Below, piece by piece: positions 13,851-26,465 of a DNA stretch of 64,000 bases (position 1 is its first letter; the number at the start of each line of letters is the position of its first letter). Location of the stretch: assembly GCA_951406725.2 (NCBI GenBank), contig OX597839.1, positions 1-64,000 of the forward strand, given 5' to 3'. A program made the translations under genes and the position numbers. The notes under the pieces are model-generated. The model was given only the letters and a program-made list of their open reading frames with translations. It did not search any database and was not told where the DNA came from. Origin of the DNA: Octopus vulgaris. Lineage: Eukaryota.

Positions 13851-13950
13851 ATAGGTGTGGTGTGTGTAATAATGTTAATGGAAGTGGGAAGTAATGGATG
13901 GTGCATTCGCCCACCCACTCATGCATACACTCACATGCACATACACATGC

Positions 13951-14130
<180 letters not shown>

Positions 14131-14499
14131 GTATATATGTGTGTTTATATATATATATATGTGTGTATCTATTAATTTCAAAATTTGACACTTTTGATAC
14201 CAATCCACGTGAGACTGCAATCTTCCTTTTTAAACTGGCCTAAATTTAAACCTTTCATAAATAGGTCATACAGATTTATGTTCCAAACACAAGCTTGATA
14301 GCAACAAAGATATCTGACTCGATTTTTTCTTATTCTTTTCATCTAAAATTAACTCAGATAAAAGCCATGCATTAATACTTCAACAGAAACAAGGGTTGGA
14401 AAAGGTTAAGTTGCTACACAAAACAGCCTTTAGAACTGCGAGTGTGCAAGTGCATGTACACACACATACACCTACATATATATGTATATATATATACCA

Positions 14500-14810
14500 T
14501 CATTCATCATCATCACCATTTAGCGTCCGCTTTCCATGCTAGCATGGGTTGGACGGTTCAACTGGGGTCTGGGAAGCCAGAAGGCTGCACCAGGCCCAGT
14601 CTGATCTGGCAATGTTTCTACGGCTGGATGCCCTTCCTAACGCCAACCACTCCGTGAGTGTAGTGGGTGCTTTTTATGTGCCACCGGCACAGGTGCCAGA
14701 TGAGGCTGGCAAACAGCTACGATCGGATGGTGCTTTTTACGTGCCACCAGCATGGGGGCCAGGCGAGGCTGGCAAACAGCCACGATCGGATGGTGCTTTT
14801 TACGTGCCAC
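14500..14810 (-). mobile_element. RTE-type LINE/SINE 3' end with (GAT)n tail and internal tandem repeats
   Basis: Homologous to 37525-37863(+) and 57746-57912(-); repeated GGTGCTTTTTACGTGCCAC motif. Confidence 0.6.
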
Positions 14811-14832
14811 ATATATATAATTATATATATAT

Positions 14833-15101
14833 AACAATTGCAGCATGGAAGGTGTTTATAAGCCATTTAAGAAACACAAAAACCGTTAGATTCGCTTCAA
14901 CATTTAAATTTATGTTTTGTCAGTGAACAGGTCCCGGTCTCAAAGCGGCGAAAATATTTCGACAAATTAAATTTAAATGTTGAAGTGAATCTAACGGTTT
15001 TTGTGTGTTTCTTAAATGGCTTATAAACACCTTCCACGCTGCAATTGTTTTCGTTCCAGCACACGATCTCAGATCAAGTCACATGCTATGCAAGTACATC
15101 T

Positions 15102-15105
<4 letters not shown>
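14833..15105 (+). mobile_element. Short foldback element in (TA)n with a degenerate hammerhead-like loop
   Basis: Arms ~14834-14912 / ~14968-15048; loop ends gcggcGAAAatattTCgacaaa. Confidence 0.6.
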
Positions 15106-15137
<32 letters not shown>

Positions 15138-15141
<4 letters not shown>

Positions 15142-15498
15142 GAGATAGGGGTTATGAGTGTAACCCACTATGGGATATCATTTATCCAATATACTGCCAG
15201 TGAAGTACCCAGAAAGGCTAATACATAAATGCTAAGAATTGCAATACAATTAGTTCACTTATTGTATTATATGGGCGAAGGTAAAATGTTTTACCTCAAA
15301 CTCATAATACAAAATAAGAAAATGGTGGAATAGATTTGTATCAATCATCAACTACATGGTATTATCTTACTTATTGATGTGTACTGTTTTATTCTGTTTG
15401 ATCTGGATGTTCCTAAATAATTAGTTAATAAATTATATGAATTGGTATTGTCTAGTAGTTGATGATTGATAGAAATCTATTCCTCCATTTTCTTATTT

Positions 15499-15502
<4 letters not shown>
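15138..15502. mobile_element. Non-coding (TA)n-flanked element related to 6447-6918
   Basis: Inverted arms ~15308-15355 / ~15456-15502. Confidence 0.65.
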
Positions 15503-15939
<437 letters not shown>

Positions 15940-16169
15940 ATATATAATGCCTATGTACAAACTGCTATATGACAATGAAATGTGGTTGTAATTACTTGAG
16001 GATAAGCAAAGGCTAGAAAGAAATGGAGCTTGTATGCTTCACTGGGTGGGTTATGTCATTTTTTAAAGAGAAAAACTGGGAAAACAGCACCATGATGCAA
16101 TTCACTCTGCCAGATGATGATGATGATGATGATGATATATATATATGTAGGTGTGTGTGTGTACATGCA

Positions 16170-16900
16170 CTTGCACACTTGCATTTGGAAACAACATGCT
16201 CTCCTGATTGGCATTCATGCCAGAAGTTCTAATAGGAACATTTCAGAGTCTTTGGATGTTAATCTGAGGACAGAGCATGTATCAAAAGTGATAAAAATCA
16301 AACATCCAGTCAACGTCATGGTGTTTAGAGTGATCACTAGTAATGACAATGTTATTTTGCCATTCATCTTCCCACATGGCCTTGGACTCAACACAAAAGT
16401 CTACATAAAGTGCCTGGATGAGGTAGACCTGCTCTGGGTGAAGAGAGTGGCTGCTGGAAGACCCTATGTCTGGCAACAGGACTCTGTACCATGCCACACA
16501 AGCAGGAGAGTACAGTCATGGCTGTCAGACAATTTCTGTGACTACGTCACCCATAGCATCTGGTCATCTAATTCCCCAGACTGCAACCCCTTTGATTATT
16601 ATGTGTGGGGTGCAGTTGAGCAAGAGACCAACAAAATTCCTTGTAACACCAAAGATGAACTGAAGACAAGGATTATAGCAGCATTCACCTACTTAAACAA
16701 GGAGACTGTCCAGAAGAGTTCCAAGAGATTCTGAAGTCGTCTGGAGGCCATGGTTGAAGCCAATGGCGATTTTATTGAATAAATTTACTCTTTAGTATTT
16801 CAAGATATTTTTATGGAATTTTGGTAAATATATCTGTTAAAATAAGATGTCAGTGATATTTTCATTTTTGCGTAATTTAGAGAACAGTTTATTCACCTGC
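16170..16900 (+). mobile_element. Tc1/mariner (maT/DD37D-like) transposase relic
   Basis: KHPVNVMVF...YVWQQDSVPCHTS...WSSNSPDCNPFDYYVWG. Confidence 0.8.
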
Positions 16901-17404
16901 ATATATATATATATATATATAAATACAAAATGGGACAAAACGCAAAACATCTGGACAGTTAGGTGATACAAAAATGGGACAACAAAACATCCAGATAGAC
17001 GATACAAAGAAAACAAGGAAGGGTCATTCGAAGTTTTCTTTCCTCAGTCAAGTACCAGATTATTTTCACAATTTCAGCTGATTATACTCAAGATTGCTCC
17101 AATCTGGCCCCAAGGAATATATATATATATTTGTTAAAATGAGATGTCAGTGTTATTTTCATTTTTGCGTAATTCATATATACATACACTCATACACACT
17201 TAGTGTTGGTGGGTGGGGGTGCAAGGGAAGGATTGCTATTATAGTTCAAGTACCTTTAGCTGGAATCTGGTGTTAGGAATGTTTTTGAGGACAAGAGCAA
17301 AACAAAATAAAAAAGCAAAAAGAGGTTTTATAGCAAAAATAATTGTAAATAAATATTTTATTAATCATCTCTCTTGTCCTCTTCTCCTTTCTGTGTACAC
17401 ACGT

Positions 17405-18240
17405 GTCATTGTGTGTATGCGTGTGTGTGTGTGTATGTGTGTGTGTTTGTGTTTTGCGTTTGTGTGTGTGCCTATGTGTGTGTGGAGTGTGTGTCAGTGT
17501 GTGTGCTTGAGTGCTTATGTGTGTGCGACTGTATGTGCTTATGTGTGTGTGTGGGGGGGGGGGGTGCCAGTGTTTGTGTGGGTGCCAGTGTTTGTGTGTG
17601 TGTGTGTTTGTGTGCCTATGTGTGTACGGAGTGTGTGTCAGTGTGTGTCAGTGTGTGTGTGCTTGAGTGCTTATGTGTGTGTGACTGTATGTGCTTATGT
17701 GTGTGTGGGGGGGTGTGCCAGTGTTTGTGTGTGTGTGTGTTTGTGTGCCTATGTGTGTGTGCCTATGTGTGTGTGCCTATGTGTGTGTGGAGTGTGTGTC
17801 AGTGTGTGTGTGCTTGAGTGCCTATGTGTGCGACTGTATGTGCTTATGTGTGTGTGTGGGGGGGGTGCCAGTGTGTGTGTATGTGTGTGCTTGAGTGCCT
17901 GTGTGTGTGTGTGTGTTTGTTTGTGTGACTGTATGTGCATGTGTGCATGTTACTATGTGTATGTGAAGTGTGTGTGTGTATGTATGTGGAGTTTGTGTGT
18001 GTGTGCTTGAGTGCCTATGTATGTGTGTATGTGTTTGTGTGACTAAGTGCATATGTGTGTGTTACTATGCGTATGTGGAGTGTGTGTGTATGTGTGTGTT
18101 TCTGTAACTATGTATGTGTGTATGCACATGTGTGTGTGTGCATATGTATGTGAGTAAACGTGACTCTGAGTATGTGTACGTATGTGGGCGAGTGTGTGAC
18201 TTAGTATGTTTATGTGTGAGCACGTGTGTGTATGTGTGAA

Positions 18241-18300
<60 letters not shown>
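17405..18300. repeat. Degenerate (GT)n array with longer sub-repeats
   Basis: Recurrent gtgcttgagtgcttatgtgtg and ggggtgccagtgt motifs. Confidence 0.85.
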
Positions 18301-18315
18301 TGTTTATGTACTTAC

Positions 18316-18352
18316 GCTTTGCTCAAATCCCACTTCTTTGGGTTTTCTTGAT
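18316..18352 (-). CDS. Exon 3 of the same gene (37 nt, phase 1 to 2)
   Basis: Acceptor ttttctctttctttgttgatacag|, donor |gtaagt; (Y)QENPKKWDLSK(A); bridges the phases of exons 2 and 4 exactly. Confidence 0.8.
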
Positions 18353-18875
18353 CTGTATCAACAAAGAAAGAGAAAATATTATGACAACATGAGTGTAAAC
18401 GTATGTGTGTACATGAGTATGTGTGTGTGTGTGTGTGTGTGTGTGCCTGTATATAAATATATATATATATATAAGGAACCAATGAAGGCTGGCAGGCAAC
18501 AACTTCGAAGTCACTGTCAACAACATTCTTGTAGATGCATAATAGACATGTGCTTTATAAAAAGCCTCCAGTCTAAGGAAAATATTTTTCTTTTTATAAC
18601 TCATATGACACAGCATCAAAATAAGAATCAATACGTGTGTGTGTGTATGTGTGTATGTGTATATGTGTGTATATGTGTGTGTGTATAGGCGCAGGAGTCT
18701 TACCATACAAATACAAAAAGCCAGGCCCCTTTCCCTCCTCCTCCTCCTCCTCCTTCACAAAATATATTTTTCTTCTTTCTTCTCCCTTGCTTTGCAAACC
18801 CCACAAAATTGTTTATATATATAAAAAAGGCCAAGAAATCTAACTTTAAATCACTTTTTGATAATAAAACATTAA

Positions 18876-19286
18876 GGCGCAGGAATGGCTGTGTGGTAAG
18901 TAGCTTGCTAACCAACCACATGGTTCCGGGTTCAGTCCTACTGCGTGGCATCTTGGGCAAGTGTCTACTGCTATAGCCCTGGGCCGACCAATGTCTTGTG
19001 AGTGGATTTGGTAGACGGAAACTGAAAGAAGCCTGTCGTATATATGTATATATATATATATGTATGTCTGTGTGTGTGTTTGTGTGTCTGTGTTTGTCCC
19101 CTAGCATTGCTTGACAACCGATGCTGGTGTGTTTACGTCCCCGTCACTTAGTGGTTCGGCAAAAGAGACCGATAGAATAAGTACTGGGCTTACAAAGAAT
19201 AAGTCCCGGGGTCAATTTGCTCGACTAAAAAGAAGGTGGTGCTCCAGCATGGCCGCAGTCAAATGACTGAAACAAGTAAAAGAGAG
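18876..19286 (+). mobile_element. SINE family A, full length
   Basis: GGCGCAGGAATGGCTGTGTGGTAAGTAGC...GGTTCAGTCC head, internal (TA)/(TG) tract, GTAAAAGAG tail. Confidence 0.88.
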
Positions 19287-19289
19287 AAA

Positions 19290-19510
19290 ACAGCAAAAAT
19301 ACAGGGAAAATAACCCTTAGAAGGCAGAAAAATTTGTCAGCAACCAGCCATGGGACTTGAACCCACATTCCTCAAAACTCTAGCAAAGTTCTTTACCATT
19401 AAGCTAAACTACTCACTGAGAAACTTATCTACAAATTTAGAAACTAAAAGCTGTTTGTTGATAAATTTTTCTGCTTTTATGGGGGTTATTTATCCAGTAT
19501 TTCTGCTCTT
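19290..19510 (-). other. tRNA-like Pol III sequence enclosed by inverted repeats
   Basis: Minus strand TAGCTTAATGGTAAAG (A box) ... GGTTCAAGTCC (B box) at ~19345-19413; arms ~19291-19349 / ~19450-19508. Confidence 0.55.
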
Positions 19511-19693
19511 CTAATGGTAATTTTGGGTTAAAATAATATAATCAAATTTATATCGTTCTATACACATTTTGACCCTTATAAAAACAAATATTAGCTTGTT
19601 TGTGTGTTTGTGTGTGCATGTGTATGTGTGTGTGTATGTGTGTGTATTCACATGCACACACAAAAAGAGAGAGAGAGAAAGATAGATGGATGG

Positions 19694-19736
<43 letters not shown>

Positions 19737-19810
19737 ATGACAAATAACCAGTTTTTAGCATTCCATTTTTATTCTATTCATGTCATTGTAATATATATAT
19801 ATATATATAA

Positions 19811-20230
19811 TATAATATTAATTAGAGACAAAACCACTATTTTGCAAAACAAACAAGGAAAGACTTAATCAATACATAAAATTTTAATAAAAAGTAAAAA
19901 AAAACGCCACTACAATTGTTTCATGTCTTGAACGACAATCTTCAGGTGGATTTCCGATTTTCAAATCAGTTTCAATTTATTCATAAATTGAAACTGATTT
20001 GAAAATCGGAAATCCACCTGAAGATTGTCGTTCAAGACATGAAACAATTGTAGTGGCGTTTTTTTTTACTTTTATTAAAATTTTATGTATTGATTAAGTC
20101 TTTCCTTGTTTGTTTTGCAAAATAGTGGTTTTGTCTCTAATTAATATTATATAATATTTTACTATAAAATTGGATTTAATCCTAAATCTGATTTTTTTCC
20201 CTGTAAATTTGGATTTATTCCCTAATATTT
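19811..20230 (+). mobile_element. Foldback element: ~170-bp near-perfect palindrome with hammerheads on both strands
   Basis: 19811-19980 / 19983-20151 with a 2-nt centre; follows (TA)n. Confidence 0.9.
20014..20056 (+). ncRNA. Minimal type I hammerhead ribozyme (mirror at 19907-19949, minus strand)
   Basis: ccac-CTGAAGA-ttgtc-gttcaa-gacat-GAAAC-aattGTA-gtgg. Confidence 0.85.
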
Positions 20231-20260
20231 ATTATTATATATATTATTATATATATTATA

Positions 20261-20635
20261 GGCGCAGGAGTGGCTGTGTGGTAAGTAGCTTGCTAACCAA
20301 CCACACGGTTGCGGGTTCAGTCTCACTGCGTGGCATCTTGGGCAAGTGTCTTCTGCTATAGCCCCGGGCCGACCAATGCCTTGTGAGTGGATTTGGTAGA
20401 CAGAAACTGAAAGAAGCCTGTCGTATATATGTATATATATGTATGTGTGTGAGTGTTTGTGTGTCTGTGTTTGTCCCCCTAGCATTGCTTGACAACCGAT
20501 GCTGGTGTGTTTATGTCCCCGTCACTTAGCGGTTCGGCAAAAAGAGACCGATAGAATAAGTACTAAAAGGTGGTGCTCCAGCATGGCCGCAGTCAAATGA
20601 CTGAAACAAGTAAAAGAGTAAAAGAGATTAAAGAG

Positions 20636-20636
<1 letters not shown>
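20261..20636 (+). mobile_element. SINE family A (internal deletion in the 3' part)
   Basis: Same head and tail as 18876-19286. Confidence 0.85.
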
Positions 20637-20667
<31 letters not shown>

Positions 20668-20849
20668 CTAATGTACATATGACTGCATAACTATATGTCT
20701 TGTAAACAATCTCTAATCCCCAAACTCCAAATTCTTAATAAATTTCAAAGACATGAATAGGAATACTCGTGGGAATACACATGTACTCTATGAAAAGCTA
20801 ATAGATGTCTCTCTTGAAAAGTCTCAAGACTTCTGGAATGCACCTTGTA

Positions 20850-20951
<102 letters not shown>

Positions 20952-21044
20952 TGTATGTATGTATGTATGTATGTATGTATGTATATATATATGTATATAT
21001 ATAGATACATATATATATATATACATATATATACATATATATAT

Positions 21045-21075
<31 letters not shown>

Positions 21076-21476
21076 TCTATATATATATATATATGTATAT
21101 ATATAAATTTGGTTTAAATGTTTGACAACTCAGCACCGTCCATTGGATGGGGGGGGGCGTTTTGCTCGTATGTGTGTGTGTGTGTGTGTGTATGTGCGTG
21201 TGTGTATGTGTTTGTGTATCTGTTTGTCCCCCACCTTCATTGACAACCGATGCTGGTATGTTTACGTCCCTGTAACTTAGTGGTTTGGCAAAAGAGACCG
21301 ATAGAATAAGTACTAGGCTTACAAAGAATAAGTCCTGGGGTCGATTTGCTCGACTATAAAGGCAGTGCTCCAGCATGGCTGCAGTCAAATGACTGAAATA
21401 AATAAAAGAATAGACATGTGTGTGTGTGCGTGTGTGCACGCGTGTGTGTGTGCATGTATTTGTGTGTTTGTGAGTG

Positions 21477-21510
<34 letters not shown>

Positions 21511-21576
21511 GTTTGTGTGTGTGTGTGTTTGCGTGTGTTTGTGTGTGTTTGTGTGTGTGCGTGCATGCGTGCGTGT

Positions 21577-21608
<32 letters not shown>

Positions 21609-21809
21609 TTGTGAGTGTTTGTGTGCGTGTGTGTGTGTGTGTGCATGTATTTGTGTGTTTGTGTGTATGTGTGTTTGTGTGTGTGTGTGTTTGTGTGTGT
21701 GTAGTTCCTGCTGGATGGACGAGGGATGACCTACTGCTTGATAACTTCTTAATTGGTGATGACGTTGATAATAATTACCATTATTACTGCTACAATGAAC
21801 AATATCATT

Positions 21810-21868
21810 ACCACCACCACCACCACCGCAATCCTCACCACCACCATCATCATCACCATCATCATCAC

Positions 21869-21949
<81 letters not shown>

Positions 21950-21958
21950 TATCACCAC

Positions 21959-22005
<47 letters not shown>

Positions 22006-22145
22006 CCATCATCATCATTATTGCCATATAATCATCATCATCATCATTGACATTATTGACATCATCGTTATTGACATCATCATCATCGTCATCATCAACA
22101 TCATTGCCATCATCATCATAATTATTGCCATCATCATCATCATTG
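21810..22145. repeat. (CAT)n/(CAC)n microsatellite
   Basis: Seen directly. Confidence 0.95.
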
Positions 22146-22587
22146 TCCGCCTCAGCACAACTGCCACCATCACCACACATACGCACTCATATACAAACAT
22201 ATTAGTCGACCGAGTAAACACATGTGCATCGTTAAGTATTTATTTACGACAACGACGTCCATGTAAGTGGGACATCCACTTCCTATTCCAAGAACAACAA
22301 CCCAAGGCGTAACACTCTCTTGCCGGATAGTCCTCACCACCACCACCACTACCACTTCTCTTTCTACCTCCTCCTCCTCCTCTTACTCTCCTTTACCTCC
22401 TCCTCATGCCAGTCCTTTACACCCACCTCATCGCTTCACTTCCTCACTTTCTGGCCCCTGTCTCACAGCTATGCGTTGTACAGCAGCGGAGAGGAAGCCG
22501 TTTGGGTGCAGCTCATTAATTATCTTAATAATCAACCTACGGTATCTTTTAAATTATTTTGGAGGTTGGAGTGATGATGAAAGTGAA

Positions 22588-22920
22588 GGCACATGGCTCA
22601 GTGGTTAGAGCGTCGAGCTTACGATCGTGAGGTTGTAAGTTCGAATCCCGAACCAGGCTGCGTGTTGTGTTCTTGAGCAAGACTCTTTATTTCACATTGC
22701 TCCAGTGCACTCAGCTGTAGAAATAAGTTGCGATGTCACAGGTGCCAATCTGTATCGGCCCCTTTGCCTTTCCCTTGGATAACATAGGTGGTGTGGAAAG
22801 GGGAAGCCGGTATGCATGGGCGACTGCTGGTCTTCCATAAACAACCCTCCCTGGACTTGTGCCTGGGAGGGTAACTTTCTAGGTGCAATCCCATGGTCAG
22901 TCATGACCGAAGGGGGTCTC
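22588..22920 (+). mobile_element. tRNA-headed SINE (family C)
   Basis: GGCACATGGCTCAGTGGTTAGAGCG...AGTTCGAATCC; homologous to 577-905; head fragment at ~35233-35322. Confidence 0.8.
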
Positions 22921-23702
22921 AGAGTGATGATGGCATCAAGGTGGAACTGTTCCGGTAATATATAGAACTGTACTACACAACTTTGTATTGAACTATACTA
23001 TTGAATTATATACTATACTATGTTACACTGTACTATGCTATACTGGCACTCAATTACTGGAGGGTATATCAGCCGAAACGTTGTGTTAACAACAAACAAG
23101 ATGAGGACAAATATCCGTCAAATGTAAATAATGTAAATAATGTAAATAATGTACATAATGTAAATAATGTAAATAATTCCTCATCTCTTAAATATAGAAC
23201 TGTTTACTATATTATTCTCTAATGCAATTTTATTGCGCTTTACTATGTGATGAGGTGACTGAGTGCAGCCGTTTGAATGTTGATGACTTGGTGTAATTGA
23301 CTGGTGTAGCAGATTTTGGTCCTGGAGTGCACACACAAACACACACACACACACACACACACATGTACACATGAACACGCACATATGTAGGAAAGGTGGT
23401 GTGAATGGAGAGGGTGGGGAAGGGAGAGATGCAGGGAAGGAGATGGAGATGGGGGAGAGAGAGAGAGAGAGGGAACGTTACACTGTATTAATTGTACATA
23501 AACACTTTCCCTCTCCTATAACAATAAAAGCAAAATTCTGTAGGTCCGTCTGTCCATCCGTCCGTCCATTGGTCCGGGATCACCGTATCTCACTCAACAT
23601 TTGCTCTACATAGACACATTATACCTTTTTTTGAAATCAGGACTATCCTGGGATTGAAACCAGATGCCCTTCATTTGGTTCTTGAACACCCAGCATTGGG
23701 AT

Positions 23703-24092
23703 CAGGAGTGGCTGTGTGGTAAGTAGCTTGCTTACCAACCACATGGTTCCGGGTTCAGTCCCACTGCGTGGCACCTTGGGAAAGTGTCTTCTTCTACTAT
23801 TGCCTTGGGCCGATCAAAGCCTTGTGAGTGGATTTGGTAGACGGAAACTGAAAGAAGCCCGTCGTATATATGTATATATATATAAATTTGCGTGTGTTTG
23901 TCTCCCCAATATCGCTTGACAACCGATGCTGGTGTGTTTATGTCCCCGTAACTTAGCAGTTCAGCAAAATAGACCGATAGAATAAGTACTAGGCTTACAA
24001 AGAATAAGTCCTGGGGTTGATTTGCGTGACAAAAGGCGGTGCTCCAGCATGGCCGCAGTCAAATGACTGAAACAAGTAAAAGAGTAAAAGAG
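23703..24092 (+). mobile_element. SINE family A
   Basis: Head and tail as in other copies. Confidence 0.85.
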
Positions 24093-24584
24093 CATGCATA
24101 AAGAAAGAAAGAGAGGGAGAGAGAGAGAGGGAGGAAGAGAGAGGGAGAGAGGGGGAGGGGGAGAGAGGGAGAGAGAGAGACAGGCAGGCATGCAGGCAGT
24201 TAGACAAACAGAAGGAGTGGGAGAGAGGGTGGGGATGAGAGAAGCAGTAAAACGGTCCATGTCAAATAAGTCAGCACCAAATTGGCAACATTAAACACCA
24301 CAACCCTACACCATGCGGTCCTGAGTATGACTTCAAAATGCATCCAGGAGTTCCAGGGTTTTTGAGGATTGTGGAACCACCACTTAGCCACTGTTCTTCC
24401 CAGGTCTACTCTGACCCAGAGAGTAGCGCCTGTTAGGGTCTCCTAACTATGAAGAATTAATTAACATAGATACCGTTATTGGACCCGGAGCAGATGACAG
24501 CCCTTCAGCTCTTGAGCTGCTCATCTCAGAGGAGGTAGTAACCCCATACAAATCCTACATTTTGATTACTTCTGAGCTCGGTTG

Positions 24585-24813
24585 CAGCAGCAGCAGCAGT
24601 GGTGGTGGTGGTGGTGGTGGTGTTGGTGGTGGTGGTGGCGGTGGTGGTGGTTGTGGTGGCGGTGGTGGTGGCGGTGGTGAGGGAGCAGCAGCAGGGACAG
24701 TTGTGAAAGTGGAGATGGTGACAGAGTAAATAGGTGGCAGTGGTGGTGGTGGTGTTGGTGGCAGTGGTGGCAGTGGTGGCACCCACCGGCAGCAACGGTA
24801 GCAGTGGTGGTGA

Positions 24814-24859
<46 letters not shown>

Positions 24860-24906
24860 TAGTAGTAGTAATAGTAGTAGTAATAGTAGTAGTTGTAATA
24901 GTTGTA

Positions 24907-24942
<36 letters not shown>

Positions 24943-24986
24943 GTAGTAGTAGTATTACTAGTAGTATTAGTAGTAGTAGTAGTTGC

Positions 24987-25030
<44 letters not shown>

Positions 25031-25226
25031 AAAAAGAAGAAGTGATGGTGGTGGTCATCATCATCATCATGCTGGTGGTGGTGGTGGTAACAGTTGTGAT
25101 GTTAATAATAATAATAATAATAGCGGCTTTAATGATGGTTACGATGGTGATGTTGGTGGTGATGATGATGACAAAAAAAAAAACGACAATAACAACGATG
25201 ATGATGATGATGACGATGATGATGAC

Positions 25227-25265
<39 letters not shown>

Positions 25266-25545
25266 AATGATGATGATGATGATAATGATGATGACCTTGA
25301 TCGCCATTTTTAATGATTGTGTTAATAGTTCTGGTGACAGTGATGATACAAGTGACACAGTAATTTGATGGCGGCGGCAGCGGTGGTGGTGGTGGTGGTG
25401 GTGGCAGTGGTGGTGATGTAGCTATTGTCATTGCTGTTGATGTTGTTGTTGTTGATATTGTTGTTGCTGTTGTTGTTGTCGTTGGCAGTGGTGATGGTGG
25501 TGGTGGTGGTGGTGGTGGTGGTGGTGGTGGTGGTGGTGGTGTTGA
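24585..25545. repeat. Compound trinucleotide microsatellites (GGT, TAG, GAT, GTT)
   Basis: Seen directly. Confidence 0.95.
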
Positions 25546-25571
25546 TTAAAATGAGTGAGTATTATACTTAC

Positions 25572-25665
25572 AGTATCCATGTTCTGTAAACTGGACAAAA
25601 CTATCAATATGCAACACATTCAATGGACCAAGGGACAGACTGGTGTTCACTGACTGCACTCGAAA
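25572..25665 (-). CDS. Exon 2 of the same gene (94 nt, phase 0 to 1)
   Basis: Acceptor ttattccacag|, donor |gtaagt; FRVQSVNTSLSLGPLNVLHIDSFVQFTEHGY, in frame with exon 1. Confidence 0.85.
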
Positions 25666-25759
25666 CTGTGGAATAATGACAGACACAACAGTATGATAGG
25701 GAGGGCTGTACATATATACATTATATATATATACATTATATATATATATATATATATAC

Positions 25760-26409
25760 TACAAAATTAGAGAATGGAGAAACATACTTAAATCAGTAAA
25801 ACATCAACTATCCGATGATACTCAATCCATACTTTAATACACCATTACATGTGAGTAAAGGCAATATATAAAATGAAATGAGATATACAGTAATAGTAAA
25901 AGTAAAAAGATAAAGAGATATAAGTAAAAAATTTCAAATATAATATGCAAATAAATCAAAACTGACAGCTGTTTCGGCAGTGAGGACAGTCATACCTCAT
26001 TTAACCTATAAGCCATAAAGGCAGGTATAAATGAGGCATTAACAAGGATGCCCCACGGCCTCTTCAGAGAATTAAATTAAATTTGTTATAATAGTGAAAA
26101 ATATTATATAATCATATACATATAAATATAAAAATATAAAAATGTAAAATATAAAAACTTATACATCATAATGCTACACTTATATAATATAATACACATT
26201 TGTACAAAAAGGAAGGTAAACAGAACAATATAAAACAAAATGTATAACAGTGTATATATTAATATTAATAAGTACCGATATTATACATATTTGGCTAATA
26301 GTTATTTCTATAAAAAAAAGGGCTAACACATATGGAGATGAAAAATAATAATTAAATCCGTGGTACAGTTCATAAAATTCTAAAGCTATAAAAGTTAATA
26401 AAAATTACT

Positions 26410-26465
<56 letters not shown>

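Noticed and set aside
24200-24580. Unique-looking sequence as an extra exon
   Set aside because: No convincing splice pair; exons 2 and 3 already join in phase
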